Positions 36,618 to 46,300 of a stretch of DNA of 57,682 nt are shown piece by piece. Below the pieces are notes generated by a model, which searched no databases, had not been told where the DNA came from, and saw nothing but the letters and a program-made list of their open reading frames with translations. The position numbers were made by a program, and so were the translations under genes. Source of the stretch: a virus (lineage: Duplodnaviria; Caudoviricetes); the IMG/VR virus record IMGVR_UViG_3300047276_000505, positions 1 to 57,682 of that record; one strand, written 5' to 3'. The first letter of the stretch is position 1; every line of letters starts with the position of its first letter.

Positions 36618-36643
36618 ATTATATGAGCTGATTCCTTACCAGT

Positions 36644-36766
36644 ATGGCAAAACCCAAGTCCAGCACCATTCAAATTGAGTCCAAGCCCAAGAAGACACGT
36701 CAAGGTGACGGGAAACATTCCCGTCCTAACCACGGACGTAAGTTGTCCCGTGGTCAAGGCAAGTAA
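36644..36766 (+). CDS. 40-aa basic protein (KKTRQG...RGQGK)
   Basis: Translated by hand; motif that I recall from cyanophage small proteins. Confidence 0.7.
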   Translation: MAKPKSSTIQIESKPKKTRQGDGKHSRPNHGRKLSRGQGK

Positions 36767-36803
36767 AAGTTATGTATATTGAGGGTAATAAATAGTTACC
36801 CTC

Positions 36804-37469
36804 ATGTCGGATCTTTCGCATGCGATTAACCTGATTCGTAAATACGAAGGGTTCAACGAAAAGGCATACCCGGATCCGACCACAGGTGGAGAACCTTATA
36901 CCATTGGGTTCGGAACTCAGTTCTACCCCGATGGTTCTCCCGTCAAAAGAGGCCAGTGCTGCACCAAGGAAAAGGCACTGGAATACCTTTTTCACGAAGT
37001 TTCAATCATTGACACCCAGCTGGTCAAACTGAACCTGGGGCTTGATACACACATGCGTCAGGCCTTGATTTCATTCATTCATTCCGTTGGTTGGGATCCT
37101 TTTCTGTACAGCAGCGTGATCGACAACATCGAGCACGAAGACTTCTGTGCTGCCACTGGAGAAATCGGTCGGTGGATCTTTGACCAAAACCACAACGTCA
37201 TCGGTACTCTTGTGGACCGCAGGCGAGAGGAGATCAGCCTGTTTTTGAACGAGATCAACGCAAATCCCTGGTCGTCTACACAAGTTCTTCTGACTGCTTT
37301 CCGTAATTACACTGCTGCCCCCCACCAAGTCAGAGCCATCCGTGCATTGGAAGAAAGCATTAATCCTTACGTCCTTTCAAAATTTGCCAACGACTTTGAC
37401 ATCGACGAAGATCCATGGTCGACTTACGACACAGACGACATCGATTTGCTGTTTAGCAGCTACCATTAG
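36804..37469 (+). CDS. Phage lysozyme (GH24)
   Basis: IRKYEG...AYPD...PYTIGFG (E-D-T triad); LVDRRREE. Confidence 0.9.
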   Translation: MSDLSHAINLIRKYEGFNEKAYPDPTTGGEPYTIGFGTQFYPDGSPVKRGQCCTKEKALEYLFHEVSIIDTQLVKLNLGLDTHMRQALISFIHSVGWDPFLYSSVIDNIEHEDFCAATGEIGRWIFDQNHNVIGTLVDRRREEISLFLNEINANPWSSTQVLLTAFRNYTAAPHQVRAIRALEESINPYVLSKFANDFDIDEDPWSTYDTDDIDLLFSSYH

Positions 37470-37487
37470 AATAATTGCTATGAATCG

Positions 37488-37796
37488 ATGCAAAGTGGCA
37501 TGGAGCGATCGGTAGAACCACGAGAGTTTGAACTGCCACTTGAGCTGCAATTCGCCATGCGGAAAGCAGAACTTCAGGCCCAAGAGATGACGTGGGAAGA
37601 ACTGTATTCGGCTCTTTTGAATCTCTATCACCAACGTTTGATGGAATGGCACGCCATCAAAGACATCATGGCTGGTGAGAACATTGAGTTGGATATGGAC
37701 TGGCCAACTGATCTTGAATTAGCAGAACTCGCCGCCGCCTGTATTCAAGGCGACGACGAGGACGATGACGAAGAAGAAGATTTTCAGCCGTTCTGA
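37488..37796 (+). CDS. nblA: NblA-like phycobilisome degradation protein with an acidic tail
   Basis: ELPLELQFAMRKAELQAQEMTWEELYSALLNLYHQ matches the NblA pattern LxLEQQF...MS.EQ...L..LY.Q. Confidence 0.65.
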   Translation: MQSGMERSVEPREFELPLELQFAMRKAELQAQEMTWEELYSALLNLYHQRLMEWHAIKDIMAGENIELDMDWPTDLELAELAAACIQGDDEDDDEEEDFQPF

Positions 37797-38278
37797 GCTT
37801 CGTCAAGTTGGATTAGACGGTCCAGATACCACTGGGCCTTTTTTAATGATTCAATTCCACCTTTGTGACGCTCACGCCAAAGATACTTGGCGATATTGCC
37901 CTTGAGATAACCACGGAATTCTTCAAGGGTTTGCTGAGCTTCAATTCCTTCAATACACTCGATTGCACCATCGGTGTAGTGAGGCGGATGGTTAACTTGA
38001 TCCTCTTGGATCACAGGACGCTCTTCTTTCGTGGCCCAGGGAACAGGACAGACTCCACCTGGGCACTCACTAACTTCGTCTATCGGCTCAAACCACGACG
38101 TTGGGCTGACAGAATCCTCTCTTCCTCGTCCGGTTCCTCCAGTTCCAAAACTAAGGACCGGGGCTTCGGAGAAGCTCCCATTGCCAATCCCTCTTCCATC
38201 GAAGGAATCAATCCGGTCACCCCCGGACGCTTCATCCCCTCCAAGAATAACGGGTTCCGTTCGAGTCCTTGTTCGCAT
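37784..38278 (-). CDS. DUF3310 domain protein (start uncertain)
   Basis: DQVNHPPHYT...IECI...GNIAKYLWR...KGGIESLKKAQWYL. Confidence 0.85.
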   Translation of the reverse strand: MRTRTRTEPVILGGDEASGGDRIDSFDGRGIGNGSFSEAPVLSFGTGGTGRGREDSVSPTSWFEPIDEVSECPGGVCPVPWATKEERPVIQEDQVNHPPHYTDGAIECIEGIEAQQTLEEFRGYLKGNIAKYLWRERHKGGIESLKKAQWYLDRLIQLDEAQNG

Positions 38279-38424
38279 GCAACTAAGCCCCTGTTGTACA
38301 TGTCATACAAGGGTACATCATTTTCTTCGTTATCGAGAGGTTGACCGAAGTCTTCTTCGTCAAGACACCGACACATAACCTCGTCTTGCACGAATGCATC
38401 TAAGAATGCAGCGGCATGATTCAT
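38080..38424 (-). CDS. Hypothetical acidic protein
   Basis: 114-aa ORF overlapping the 5' part of the DUF3310 ORF. Confidence 0.6.
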   Translation of the reverse strand: MNHAAAFLDAFVQDEVMCRCLDEEDFGQPLDNEENDVPLYDMYNRGLVACEQGLERNPLFLEGMKRPGVTGLIPSMEEGLAMGASPKPRSLVLELEEPDEEERILSAQRRGLSR

Positions 38425-38464
38425 GATATTAGGGCTTTTGATTCACTCCTTTTACAATGATACT

Positions 38465-38890
38465 ATGGCAAGATTCTATAACCCACGGCAAGGAGAGGAA
38501 CGTCGTCCGATTGAGGTCGGGTACGATCCCACTACCGATGCTGGTACATCTGGAGCAGAAGTTTCAGACCTCAGGCCAGAGCAGGCGTATGACACTGACT
38601 TGCGTCGCCTTCCTGCTGATGAACGGCCAGAAGCCGAGTCTTTAAACGACAATCAGAATCGTGTTGCCAAATTTATGCGTGCCGCCAGGAGTGCCGGCGC
38701 ATACAAGCAACGCGCCTCAATCGATGAGCCTATGATTCGTGGTCGTACACCACGGGTGCCTGCATCGATTAACGGTGTTGCATTACCAACCAGAGGAGAT
38801 TCCGGTGGACGGTCAGGGGCTATTGGCTATGCCGACAAACCCCGACCTCTCTCCGGTAAGTCTTACAGTTACCTGGATTCCTTCGGTTGA
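38465..38890 (+). CDS. Hypothetical protein (start MARFYNP)
   Basis: TACAAT at 38453. Confidence 0.65.
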   Translation: MARFYNPRQGEERRPIEVGYDPTTDAGTSGAEVSDLRPEQAYDTDLRRLPADERPEAESLNDNQNRVAKFMRAARSAGAYKQRASIDEPMIRGRTPRVPASINGVALPTRGDSGGRSGAIGYADKPRPLSGKSYSYLDSFG

Positions 38891-39478
38891 TTAAACCTGG
38901 GAGAACACGACATTATTTGGTTGATCTTGATACTTACCTTTGCGGTCTTGGTAAGTTACATGACACGGATTGCCGCGATAGAAGAGGAGTTGCGTAATCC
39001 CTTCATTGGCATAGATCCGATTGAAAAGCCCAGTGCAGTTGCTGATCTCTAGGGTCAGGTAACCTTCCCAGCCACTTTCAGCAGGGGTAATGTTCACCAA
39101 GATACCTGAGCGTGCGTAGGTGGATTTACCTACAGCAACGACAGTGACATCTCTGGGGAGCTTCAGACGTTCTTGCGCTACACCAAGGCAATAGCCGTAC
39201 GGAGGAAGCAAGAAGTATTGACCACGTTCATCCTCCAGAAGATCGGCAGGCTTCAGGATGTCAGGATCAAAATCTTTTGGGTCACAATCGCCAGCCTGAA
39301 CCTTACCAAAAATCAGGCATTGTTTAGGAGATAAACGGATGTCATAGCCGTAGGAACTTAAGCCATAGCTCAGTAACTTGCGACCGTCTTCTTTGCTGAC
39401 CAGATGATCGACAAAGGGTTCGATCATTTCCTCGTTTTCAGCCAGATGTTTGATTTCCCAGTCGGCAAGAACGCTCAT
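38891..39478 (-). CDS. dcd: dCTP deaminase
   Basis: SYGLSSYGYDIRL, GKSTYARSG, TPAESGWEGYLTLEISN, YQDRKGKYQ. Confidence 0.95.
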   Translation of the reverse strand: MSVLADWEIKHLAENEEMIEPFVDHLVSKEDGRKLLSYGLSSYGYDIRLSPKQCLIFGKVQAGDCDPKDFDPDILKPADLLEDERGQYFLLPPYGYCLGVAQERLKLPRDVTVVAVGKSTYARSGILVNITPAESGWEGYLTLEISNCTGLFNRIYANEGITQLLFYRGNPCHVTYQDRKGKYQDQPNNVVFSQV

Positions 39479-39511
39479 GGTCCCCTGTAATCGTTCTTCA
39501 GTATACGGAAC

Positions 39512-40108
39512 TTAAACGAGAATATGCCCGCGTTCCGTGTAAATATCCACGAATCTTTCGATGGCATCATCCGAACGATCCGTAGGTGGCAAGTAGACAA
39601 TTAAAGAGGTGCACGTACGCTGCATCTTTTCTCCTTGACTTGTAATCCGCCTTAGGACAGGCGCAGAGCGAAGGATGCAAACAGGAAAGCTAAAGATCTT
39701 TGGTTCGTATCGAATCATGTCAGGGCAGTTGCTAAAGTACAAACCCTGCTTAATCTCTTTCGCCAACCAGGCGTGGTAGAGCTTACGAAACCACACGGCA
39801 TGAGATGACGTAAGTGACGGAGAAGAAGCCCGTGTCATTTTCCATCGCTCGTTCTTCTTGTCCCAGAAGTATGCACCCGCTGGTGGAAACAGGTAAACAT
39901 TTCCGTACCACTGCTGGGCGTTCAATCCATCATCCGATGGTGTGAAAAAGTTAGGAGCCTGAACGTAGCTATTGGCCTTTTTGCTGCTGGCCACGTCCAA
40001 CTCAATACCATCCATTAGCTCGTTAGCGGCAACAATCAGATCTGAGTTCGTGATTAACTCAACGTCTTCGTTGCGGGCAGAAATGGAGCGAACGCCTTTT
40101 TCGTTCAT
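39512..40108 (-). CDS. Phage N6-adenine methyltransferase-like protein with an altered catalytic motif
   Basis: IELDVAS...AN...FFT..DDGL..QWYGNVYLFPPAG, where NPPY is expected. Confidence 0.65.
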   Translation of the reverse strand: MNEKGVRSISARNEDVELITNSDLIVAANELMDGIELDVASSKKANSYVQAPNFFTPSDDGLNAQQWYGNVYLFPPAGAYFWDKKNERWKMTRASSPSLTSSHAVWFRKLYHAWLAKEIKQGLYFSNCPDMIRYEPKIFSFPVCILRSAPVLRRITSQGEKMQRTCTSLIVYLPPTDRSDDAIERFVDIYTERGHILV

Positions 40109-40491
40109 TTGCCAGAAACCTGGTTGTAGTCAATTTCTATATAGCGAATGCCATCTTTATCATTGATGACATACCCTGCTTTTTCCACAGGGTCGATCTT
40201 CTGAGCAGCTGAGAGGATACGTCTGAATGTCTCCGCTAGATCACCGTCGTTCTGACGTTCGCAATCTTCCTGTGCAGCGTGGATTTCCTTGAGGGTCCAG
40301 AAGAACATTGACCTTTCTTTGTTGTCAGGCTGGAACACCATGACGCCAGGACCTTCGATCTCCCACATCTTGCAGTACTGTTCACCCATGTCACCAAGAA
40401 TCAACTTAATGGTGGCATCAAGCATCTTTGCTTTTGTTTCGTCCAGCTCTGGACCGATCACAGAAGCGATCAATTTTTCACGTCGTTGCAT
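40105..40491 (-). CDS. Hypothetical protein (128 aa)
   Basis: Coupled ORF in a minus-strand operon. Confidence 0.7.
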   Translation of the reverse strand: MQRREKLIASVIGPELDETKAKMLDATIKLILGDMGEQYCKMWEIEGPGVMVFQPDNKERSMFFWTLKEIHAAQEDCERQNDGDLAETFRRILSAAQKIDPVEKAGYVINDKDGIRYIEIDYNQVSGK

Positions 40492-40946
40492 TTCTCGATC
40501 AGTCCTTGGCGCAGTAGGGATTCAAGCAATTTGTCAGTAGGTTGGTACAAGACAACTAATTTGCCAAGCACACCACGTTTTTTGACAAGCTTCCCGTTTT
40601 CATCACGTACTTTATCAAATTCTCCAGAGCGTATCAGATATTCAGCCACGCACCGTAGCCGACGCTTCAAAGGGAGTTCTGCTTGCGGAAATTTGCCGCA
40701 GATGGTATCGGGCTGTAGATCCTGGAAAGCGAGACGCAATCTGTTGGCAAGAGTCATACCAGAGTTAACGTCTTCTTCTTCATAGTTTTTTAAATTTTCC
40801 AGGTAGCGCCTGAGGCAGCCATCATCAAAAGAGCCTTCGGGAGGCAAGAACATTACTACTTGATTTACAAGGGATTCAGGCAACAACTGAACGTGGTTCT
40901 CAATCGTTACGGAATCAATGTCAACATTGCGAAATCGATGGGCCAT
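40470..40946 (-). CDS. Hypothetical protein (158 aa)
   Basis: Coupled ORF. Confidence 0.7.
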   Translation of the reverse strand: MAHRFRNVDIDSVTIENHVQLLPESLVNQVVMFLPPEGSFDDGCLRRYLENLKNYEEEDVNSGMTLANRLRLAFQDLQPDTICGKFPQAELPLKRRLRCVAEYLIRSGEFDKVRDENGKLVKKRGVLGKLVVLYQPTDKLLESLLRQGLIEKCNDVKN

Positions 40947-41368
40947 TATTCTAAAAAGCCCCGCTCAGCTTTATACATATTTGAGGTTCGGTCTCCTTTG
41001 CCTCTCAGGTCAGCTGATTCCAGTTTTTTGGCCTTAGAGAACGATTGAACCAGTTGGTTCCAGGGAATCCTGAGCATTGCCTTACGTCCAGGATCAGGGG
41101 AGACGTTGACGAAATGAATGCCCTCCACCCAGCCCTTCTCGGGGGTTCGTTTGCCGATTGCAATCCAGTTGCGAATCGTCTGGTCCGATACCCCAAGCCT
41201 GCGTCCACACTCCTCAGTGGTGATGTACTCATCTGCGTACGCCTCAGGGTTTAAGGCGTCGGTTTCACCTGTGGAATAGCGGCTGTGCCACATGGAACTT
41301 AAGACGTTTCGTATCCCCTTAAGTTCAAAGGCAACATCCTCTAAACCTTTACGCAATCCGTATTTCAT
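40946..41368 (-). CDS. HTH DNA-binding protein (excisionase-like)
   Basis: YITTEECGRRLGVSDQTIRNWI. Confidence 0.75.
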   Translation of the reverse strand: MKYGLRKGLEDVAFELKGIRNVLSSMWHSRYSTGETDALNPEAYADEYITTEECGRRLGVSDQTIRNWIAIGKRTPEKGWVEGIHFVNVSPDPGRKAMLRIPWNQLVQSFSKAKKLESADLRGKGDRTSNMYKAERGFLE

Positions 41369-41422
41369 GTCAGCAAACCTTTTGCGTAGATGCTAGTGTA
41401 TGGGCAAATCTTTTGCACCGTT

Positions 41423-41788
41423 ATGGAAGAGCAAATTCCTTCCAGTACTCCACCTCAGGCTATTGAACCGCCTGCAATTCCCCCTGGTATTACCCCAGAA
41501 ATGCTTGAGGCCATGAAGGCCCGCGCTCGGGAAGAAGCAGTGCGAATGACTTTGCTTCAGCAGCAGCAACAACAACAGGTGGCACAAGAGGAAGTTCCTG
41601 TGGCACCTCGTATGCCAATGCCGAGTTTTGCTCCACCCCAACCTCAGGTTGTTTACCTGCGCCGCAACCTGACGGTGGCGGAGTTAATTGTGGTGTTTGC
41701 TATCTCCTGTGGCCTTGTTGTAGGCATCCAGGGAGCCTGGAATTTTGCGTCTAACCATCTGCCGCGCATCGAAATTAAGGCCCGGTAG
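41423..41788 (+). CDS. Pro/Gln-rich membrane protein (start MEEQIP)
   Basis: C-terminal TM LIVVFAISCGLVVGI. Confidence 0.65.
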   Translation: MEEQIPSSTPPQAIEPPAIPPGITPEMLEAMKARAREEAVRMTLLQQQQQQQVAQEEVPVAPRMPMPSFAPPQPQVVYLRRNLTVAELIVVFAISCGLVVGIQGAWNFASNHLPRIEIKAR

Positions 41789-41841
41789 GTTAAACACACT
41801 GCGACTATAATTCATTTTATGGGGTTTTTGTGATTTAATAG

Positions 41842-44226
41842 GTGGCCAACAGAAGGATATCCGAGCTTCAAGAGATGGCCGGCATCAATCTGGCTGATGC
41901 CGACCTTCTGACGGTTGTTGATGTTGGTGAAGTTGACCCCGCGCTTAAAAATAAGAAGCTGACAATCTCTGGTACCAAGGCGTACCTAAATATCTACTAT
42001 CTTCCGCGCACTGGCGGAACGATTAGTGGTTCTCTGCAAGTCGACGATAACCTTACGGTTTTAGATCAGGTCACTACCTCTGGCCTTAATGTCACTTTTG
42101 TTGTTAACGCTGGGAGCTTAAATGTTTCCGGCAATACCAATATCAGCGGTACCTTAAGCGGGACGACTATTACAGGTACCAATATCAATGCAACCAATAT
42201 CAATTCAGTAAACTTCGCGACCACTGGTTTTAGTGCGGCGTCGATTACTGGTGTTTCCGGTACGTTTACTTCACGGGTATCTGGACAAACCGTTACCGGT
42301 ATCACGGGTTCCTTTACACAACTCTTTGCTGTTAGTGGAGACATCTCTGATCGCCTACAGGCAGGCACAGTTACTGGTGCCTTTGGTGCCTTTGGAACCA
42401 TCACTGGTGCCACTGGGATCTACACCCTTTTATCTGGTGTAACGGTCACAGGCACAACTGCTAATTTCACCACTGGTAACTTCCAAGTTCTTAACGCTGG
42501 TAGCCACACAATTACCGGTAACTTAACTGTTACAGGTGATTTGATTGTCCGTGGATCGGGCTACTTCAGTTCCGGTATCCAAGTCACGGGTACACTCAGT
42601 GGCACCACGATTACTGGATCGAACGCACAATTTACGAACGTCACCGGATCAACTGTTGTCGGAACAACGCGTGTCTCTGGTGCCATTGTTACGGGTGACG
42701 CTGGCCAGTTCTCTACTGTTACTGGTAATACTGCTGGTTTTACAACAGTTACCGGTCAAACCGTTACAGGCGTAAGCGGTGTATTTACAACGTTAAACGC
42801 TGTTACCGCCATCTTCACTACGGGCATTGTCCGTCAGAACATCACTGTCACTGGTAACGCGATCGTTAATAGTGATCTGTTTGTTTTCGGTTCTGGTTAT
42901 TTCAGTTCTGGAATTTCAGTCACGGGTCGGGTCAGTGGTGTTCAAATTACCGGTACAGCAGGCGCGTTTACTTCCGTCACTGGCACTACATTTACAGGAA
43001 CTTTTGTTAACGCAGTTAGTGGCGTCTTTACCACCCAGGTTTCGGGTCTAAATATTACAGGTGAGTACGCACGATTCCTTAGTGCAGAAGCCTCCGTTAT
43101 TACTGGCGTTAATGTCATCGGTACCACCAGTGTTTCTGGTGGTACCGTCTCTGGTAATGCCGGTGTCTTTGGGACTGTAACAGGCAATACCGCAAACTTT
43201 ACTACGGTTACTGGTGGCACCGTTACAGGAACAACTGCAAACTTTGTCAGTGGGGTCTTTACAACTCAAGTATCAGGTCGAACAATAACCGGTGTAACGG
43301 CTCAGTTCACCACCGGTATCTTTAATACCCTTGTTGCGTCATCTCATACAGTTACCGGTAATCTTGTTGTCTCGGGCAATTTAATTGCACAAGGTTCTGG
43401 TTTCTTTAGCTCCGGCGTTCAAGTCACCGGAACCCTTAGTGGAACGACTATTACCGGGGCGGCGGTTCAGGCGACAACATTAACCGGTGTAACCATTGTT
43501 GGTACTACATCTGTTTCAGGTGCAACCGTTACAGGTAACGCTGGCCAATTCACAACCGTGACAGGTGGTGTTGTCCAAGCAACAACAGGTGTTTTTGGTA
43601 CGGTTTCTGGCACACAGTTTGTCGCAGGTGGAGCAACCTTTGTTATTGGTTCTGGAAACGTTCGTCCTTACGGATTGTTCTCCTTTCCGTCTACCGTTGG
43701 GACATCTGGCTTTGTTCTGGCAACGGATGCAGCCGGTGCAACGTACTGGGCTGCTGCAGCCACTGCCTATACCGGCGGTAATTTCTCTATCTACAGCGGA
43801 AACCTTTTAGTTTCTGGCTCTGGATTCTTTAGTTCAGGCATCCAGGTTACTGGTGCAATCAGTGGACAAACATTTACTGGTGGTATCGTTCAAGCTACTA
43901 ATATCACAGGTGTCAATATTGTTGGCACGACTCAAGTTTCTGGAGCGACAGTTACAGGGAACCTGGGCCAATTCATAACACTGACTGGCGGCACCGCTGG
44001 TTTCACTACGATCACGGGAACTACGGTCACAGGAACCACTGCCAACTTTGTCACTGTTTCTGGCACTACGATCACAGGTAACACTGCTAAGTTCACAAAT
44101 ATCACTGGTGTAACTCTTGCAATCACCACCCCCTCTGGCTCTACCCCGGCTATTGTTTGCTCTGGCGTGGTATCAGGTAGTACGACAGGTTTTGTAATTC
44201 AAGGTCCACTGATTATCCTTCCTTAA
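41842..44226 (+). CDS. Thr/Gly-rich repetitive tail fibre
   Basis: N-terminal ANRRISEL; four GSG[YF]FSSG[IV] units; dense TG repeats. Confidence 0.8.
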   Translation: MANRRISELQEMAGINLADADLLTVVDVGEVDPALKNKKLTISGTKAYLNIYYLPRTGGTISGSLQVDDNLTVLDQVTTSGLNVTFVVNAGSLNVSGNTNISGTLSGTTITGTNINATNINSVNFATTGFSAASITGVSGTFTSRVSGQTVTGITGSFTQLFAVSGDISDRLQAGTVTGAFGAFGTITGATGIYTLLSGVTVTGTTANFTTGNFQVLNAGSHTITGNLTVTGDLIVRGSGYFSSGIQVTGTLSGTTITGSNAQFTNVTGSTVVGTTRVSGAIVTGDAGQFSTVTGNTAGFTTVTGQTVTGVSGVFTTLNAVTAIFTTGIVRQNITVTGNAIVNSDLFVFGSGYFSSGISVTGRVSGVQITGTAGAFTSVTGTTFTGTFVNAVSGVFTTQVSGLNITGEYARFLSAEASVITGVNVIGTTSVSGGTVSGNAGVFGTVTGNTANFTTVTGGTVTGTTANFVSGVFTTQVSGRTITGVTAQFTTGIFNTLVASSHTVTGNLVVSGNLIAQGSGFFSSGVQVTGTLSGTTITGAAVQATTLTGVTIVGTTSVSGATVTGNAGQFTTVTGGVVQATTGVFGTVSGTQFVAGGATFVIGSGNVRPYGLFSFPSTVGTSGFVLATDAAGATYWAAAATAYTGGNFSIYSGNLLVSGSGFFSSGIQVTGAISGQTFTGGIVQATNITGVNIVGTTQVSGATVTGNLGQFITLTGGTAGFTTITGTTVTGTTANFVTVSGTTITGNTAKFTNITGVTLAITTPSGSTPAIVCSGVVSGSTTGFVIQGPLIILP

Positions 44227-44263
44227 TTCCTTCGGTTAAAATAAGGAAAAAGTATCAGAAGAA

Positions 44264-45316
44264 ATGTCGTACGGCACTATAAAAGTTGACACCATCACTT
44301 TTACAGATGGTGGGGTAGACAAGAGCGTGTCGGTGTCTGGTCTGACGCAAAACCCGACAATTACAGGCAATCTTACTGTTACCGGCACCGCAACGGCTGC
44401 AGCGCTGATCCCGAGTGGCAGCAGCGTTCCCACGAATGGGGTTTATCTACCTTCCGCAAACAACGTAGCCATCAGCACGGGTGGCACGGGGAGGTTGTTT
44501 GTTAACAGCACTGGTCAAGTTGGCATTGGAGACACCCCCACAGCTCGTTTAGATGTCCGCGGTCTTGTAAAGATCGGAAACTATCCCGGAGTTTCTTCGA
44601 GTACTTTTCAGGGGCTTGTAATTCAGAACGGTATTGACAGCTCGTCCACGGAATCACTAAGCATCATTGATTCGCAAAACAACCTGGGCACGACAGACGC
44701 ATCTATTTTTCTGCAGCACGGCACCGATGGCGGAAGTTATGTTTCTCTATCAACAACACCTGCAGGCAGTCGATCAACCGACAGGAGACAAGAACGCCTC
44801 CGCATCACATCGGACGGGAAGCTGCTGGTGGGGACGAGTAGTGCAATTACGACAACAAATGCTCTAACTGCAAAGCTGCAGTCCGCTGGCAATAACGTTT
44901 TTGATACAGGAATCTCAACATCTCTATTCACTGCCGACACCAATCCAGCAGTTTTGCAGCTTGTAAAATCACGCAATGCAACAACTGGTAGTCACACTGT
45001 TGTTCAGAGCGGCGACGGCCTAGGTCGCATTGCTTTTGGTGGTTCAGATGGTGCTGATTTTAAACCCGCTGCATGGATCGAAGGGCGGGTAGACGGCACC
45101 CCCGGCGCTAACACGATGCCGGGCATACTTGTCTTCAGCACGACCAGTACGACGCCAGGAGCCAGCCCGACGGAGCGGATGAGGATCAAGAACAATGGAA
45201 TCATCAATTTCTCCAACGTCCCGACCTACGCCGATAACACGGCGGCAACAACTGGCGGTCTTGTTGTCGGAGATGTTTATCGCACCAGCACTGGCCAGTT
45301 AATGATCCGCTACTAA
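44264..45316 (+). CDS. Tail fibre / receptor-binding protein
   Basis: ERLRITSDGKLLVGT and ERMRIKNNG fibre repeats. Confidence 0.8.
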   Translation: MSYGTIKVDTITFTDGGVDKSVSVSGLTQNPTITGNLTVTGTATAAALIPSGSSVPTNGVYLPSANNVAISTGGTGRLFVNSTGQVGIGDTPTARLDVRGLVKIGNYPGVSSSTFQGLVIQNGIDSSSTESLSIIDSQNNLGTTDASIFLQHGTDGGSYVSLSTTPAGSRSTDRRQERLRITSDGKLLVGTSSAITTTNALTAKLQSAGNNVFDTGISTSLFTADTNPAVLQLVKSRNATTGSHTVVQSGDGLGRIAFGGSDGADFKPAAWIEGRVDGTPGANTMPGILVFSTTSTTPGASPTERMRIKNNGIINFSNVPTYADNTAATTGGLVVGDVYRTSTGQLMIRY

Positions 45317-45334
45317 GTCAGTAGTCCTACTCAC

Positions 45335-45378
45335 TACTTGCTCGGTACTTGCTCGGTACTTGCTCGGTACTTGCTCGG
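45335..45378. repeat. Four tandem copies of TACTTGCTCGG flanked by the inverted repeat CTACTCAC/GTGAGTAG
   Basis: Read directly from the sequence. Confidence 0.9.
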
Positions 45379-45410
45379 TGAGTAGTCACCTTCACAATTG
45401 CTCTCAAAAA

Positions 45411-45436
45411 GAAAGCCCCTTTACGGGGCCTTTTTT
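45411..45436. terminator. Bidirectional terminator
   Basis: A-tract, GCCCC-TTTAC-GGGGC, T-tract, between convergent genes. Confidence 0.7.
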
Positions 45437-46193
45437 ATTTGCCAATAGAAGATAAGGTCCTAATTAACCAGTTTTTCTGGTAACTTTTGACTTTCCTTGG
45501 CGCACCATCAACGTATTGAATACGAGTAGGGGGCTCTTGTTGAAATTCTTTGCGATATTCGTTTGCGATTGCTTTTCCAATGGCACTAGATCTGTTTCGC
45601 GTCAGCCGTTCTTGGTACACCTCCAGATACGCATCGCTGATTGTCATCTCCTCATCACCTGGAGGAAGAAGAAAATCAGAATTGACACGCATAGCATTAT
45701 TGCGTGCTAAATCAGAGAACAAAATTTTATCGCGATCATCAAAGCAGCCAAGCTCTTTAATAAAGTCAGCCGACTCTTTCAGTAGATTTAGTACGTTGGT
45801 ACCAGATATTTGTGGCTGCGGGGTCTGAGGTTCTGGTTTTTGTTGTGATTGACGCTCTAATTCTTGCAATAACCAACCGTCCATCCAAACAGCGAAGGAG
45901 GGACTGACCCAACGGGCAAGGTCAACAGCAACTCGTGGGTGAATCCAGGTCTCGCCTCCATCTGCACCTCCTGTCCGGGACTCTATCAAAGCGTGGACCG
46001 AAATTCGGGCTTCGGTTGAAAGGGCCTCCAAATACTCGGCAGCTCGGTCGGACTCGCGGTACTTGGTCCATCGTTTACCATTAGCCTTGCACATGGCAGT
46101 TGCGTTGACGTAGCCGTCGATACTGCGCCGTGCGATGGGCGTGTCATTCCAGGTGCGGACGACCAATGCGTCCTTCGGTGCTAAGCTATCCAT
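45435..46193 (-). CDS. KilA-N domain protein
   Basis: DGYVNATAMCKANGKRW...TWIHPRVAVDLARWVSPSFAVW. Confidence 0.92.
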   Translation of the reverse strand: MDSLAPKDALVVRTWNDTPIARRSIDGYVNATAMCKANGKRWTKYRESDRAAEYLEALSTEARISVHALIESRTGGADGGETWIHPRVAVDLARWVSPSFAVWMDGWLLQELERQSQQKPEPQTPQPQISGTNVLNLLKESADFIKELGCFDDRDKILFSDLARNNAMRVNSDFLLPPGDEEMTISDAYLEVYQERLTRNRSSAIGKAIANEYRKEFQQEPPTRIQYVDGAPRKVKSYQKNWLIRTLSSIGK

Positions 46194-46300
46194 GTTTGGT
46201 GTGCAGGGCGGGGTAACAGCCGCCCTTTTTCATGGTATCAGGTCACAGATGGACTTGGTAGCCTAGGTACTGTAGTATAGACGCCAACTCAACTCAGCTC

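Noticed and set aside
45335-45378. Possible CRISPR mini-array
   Set aside because: The 11-bp units are directly adjacent with no spacers, and no cas genes are present.
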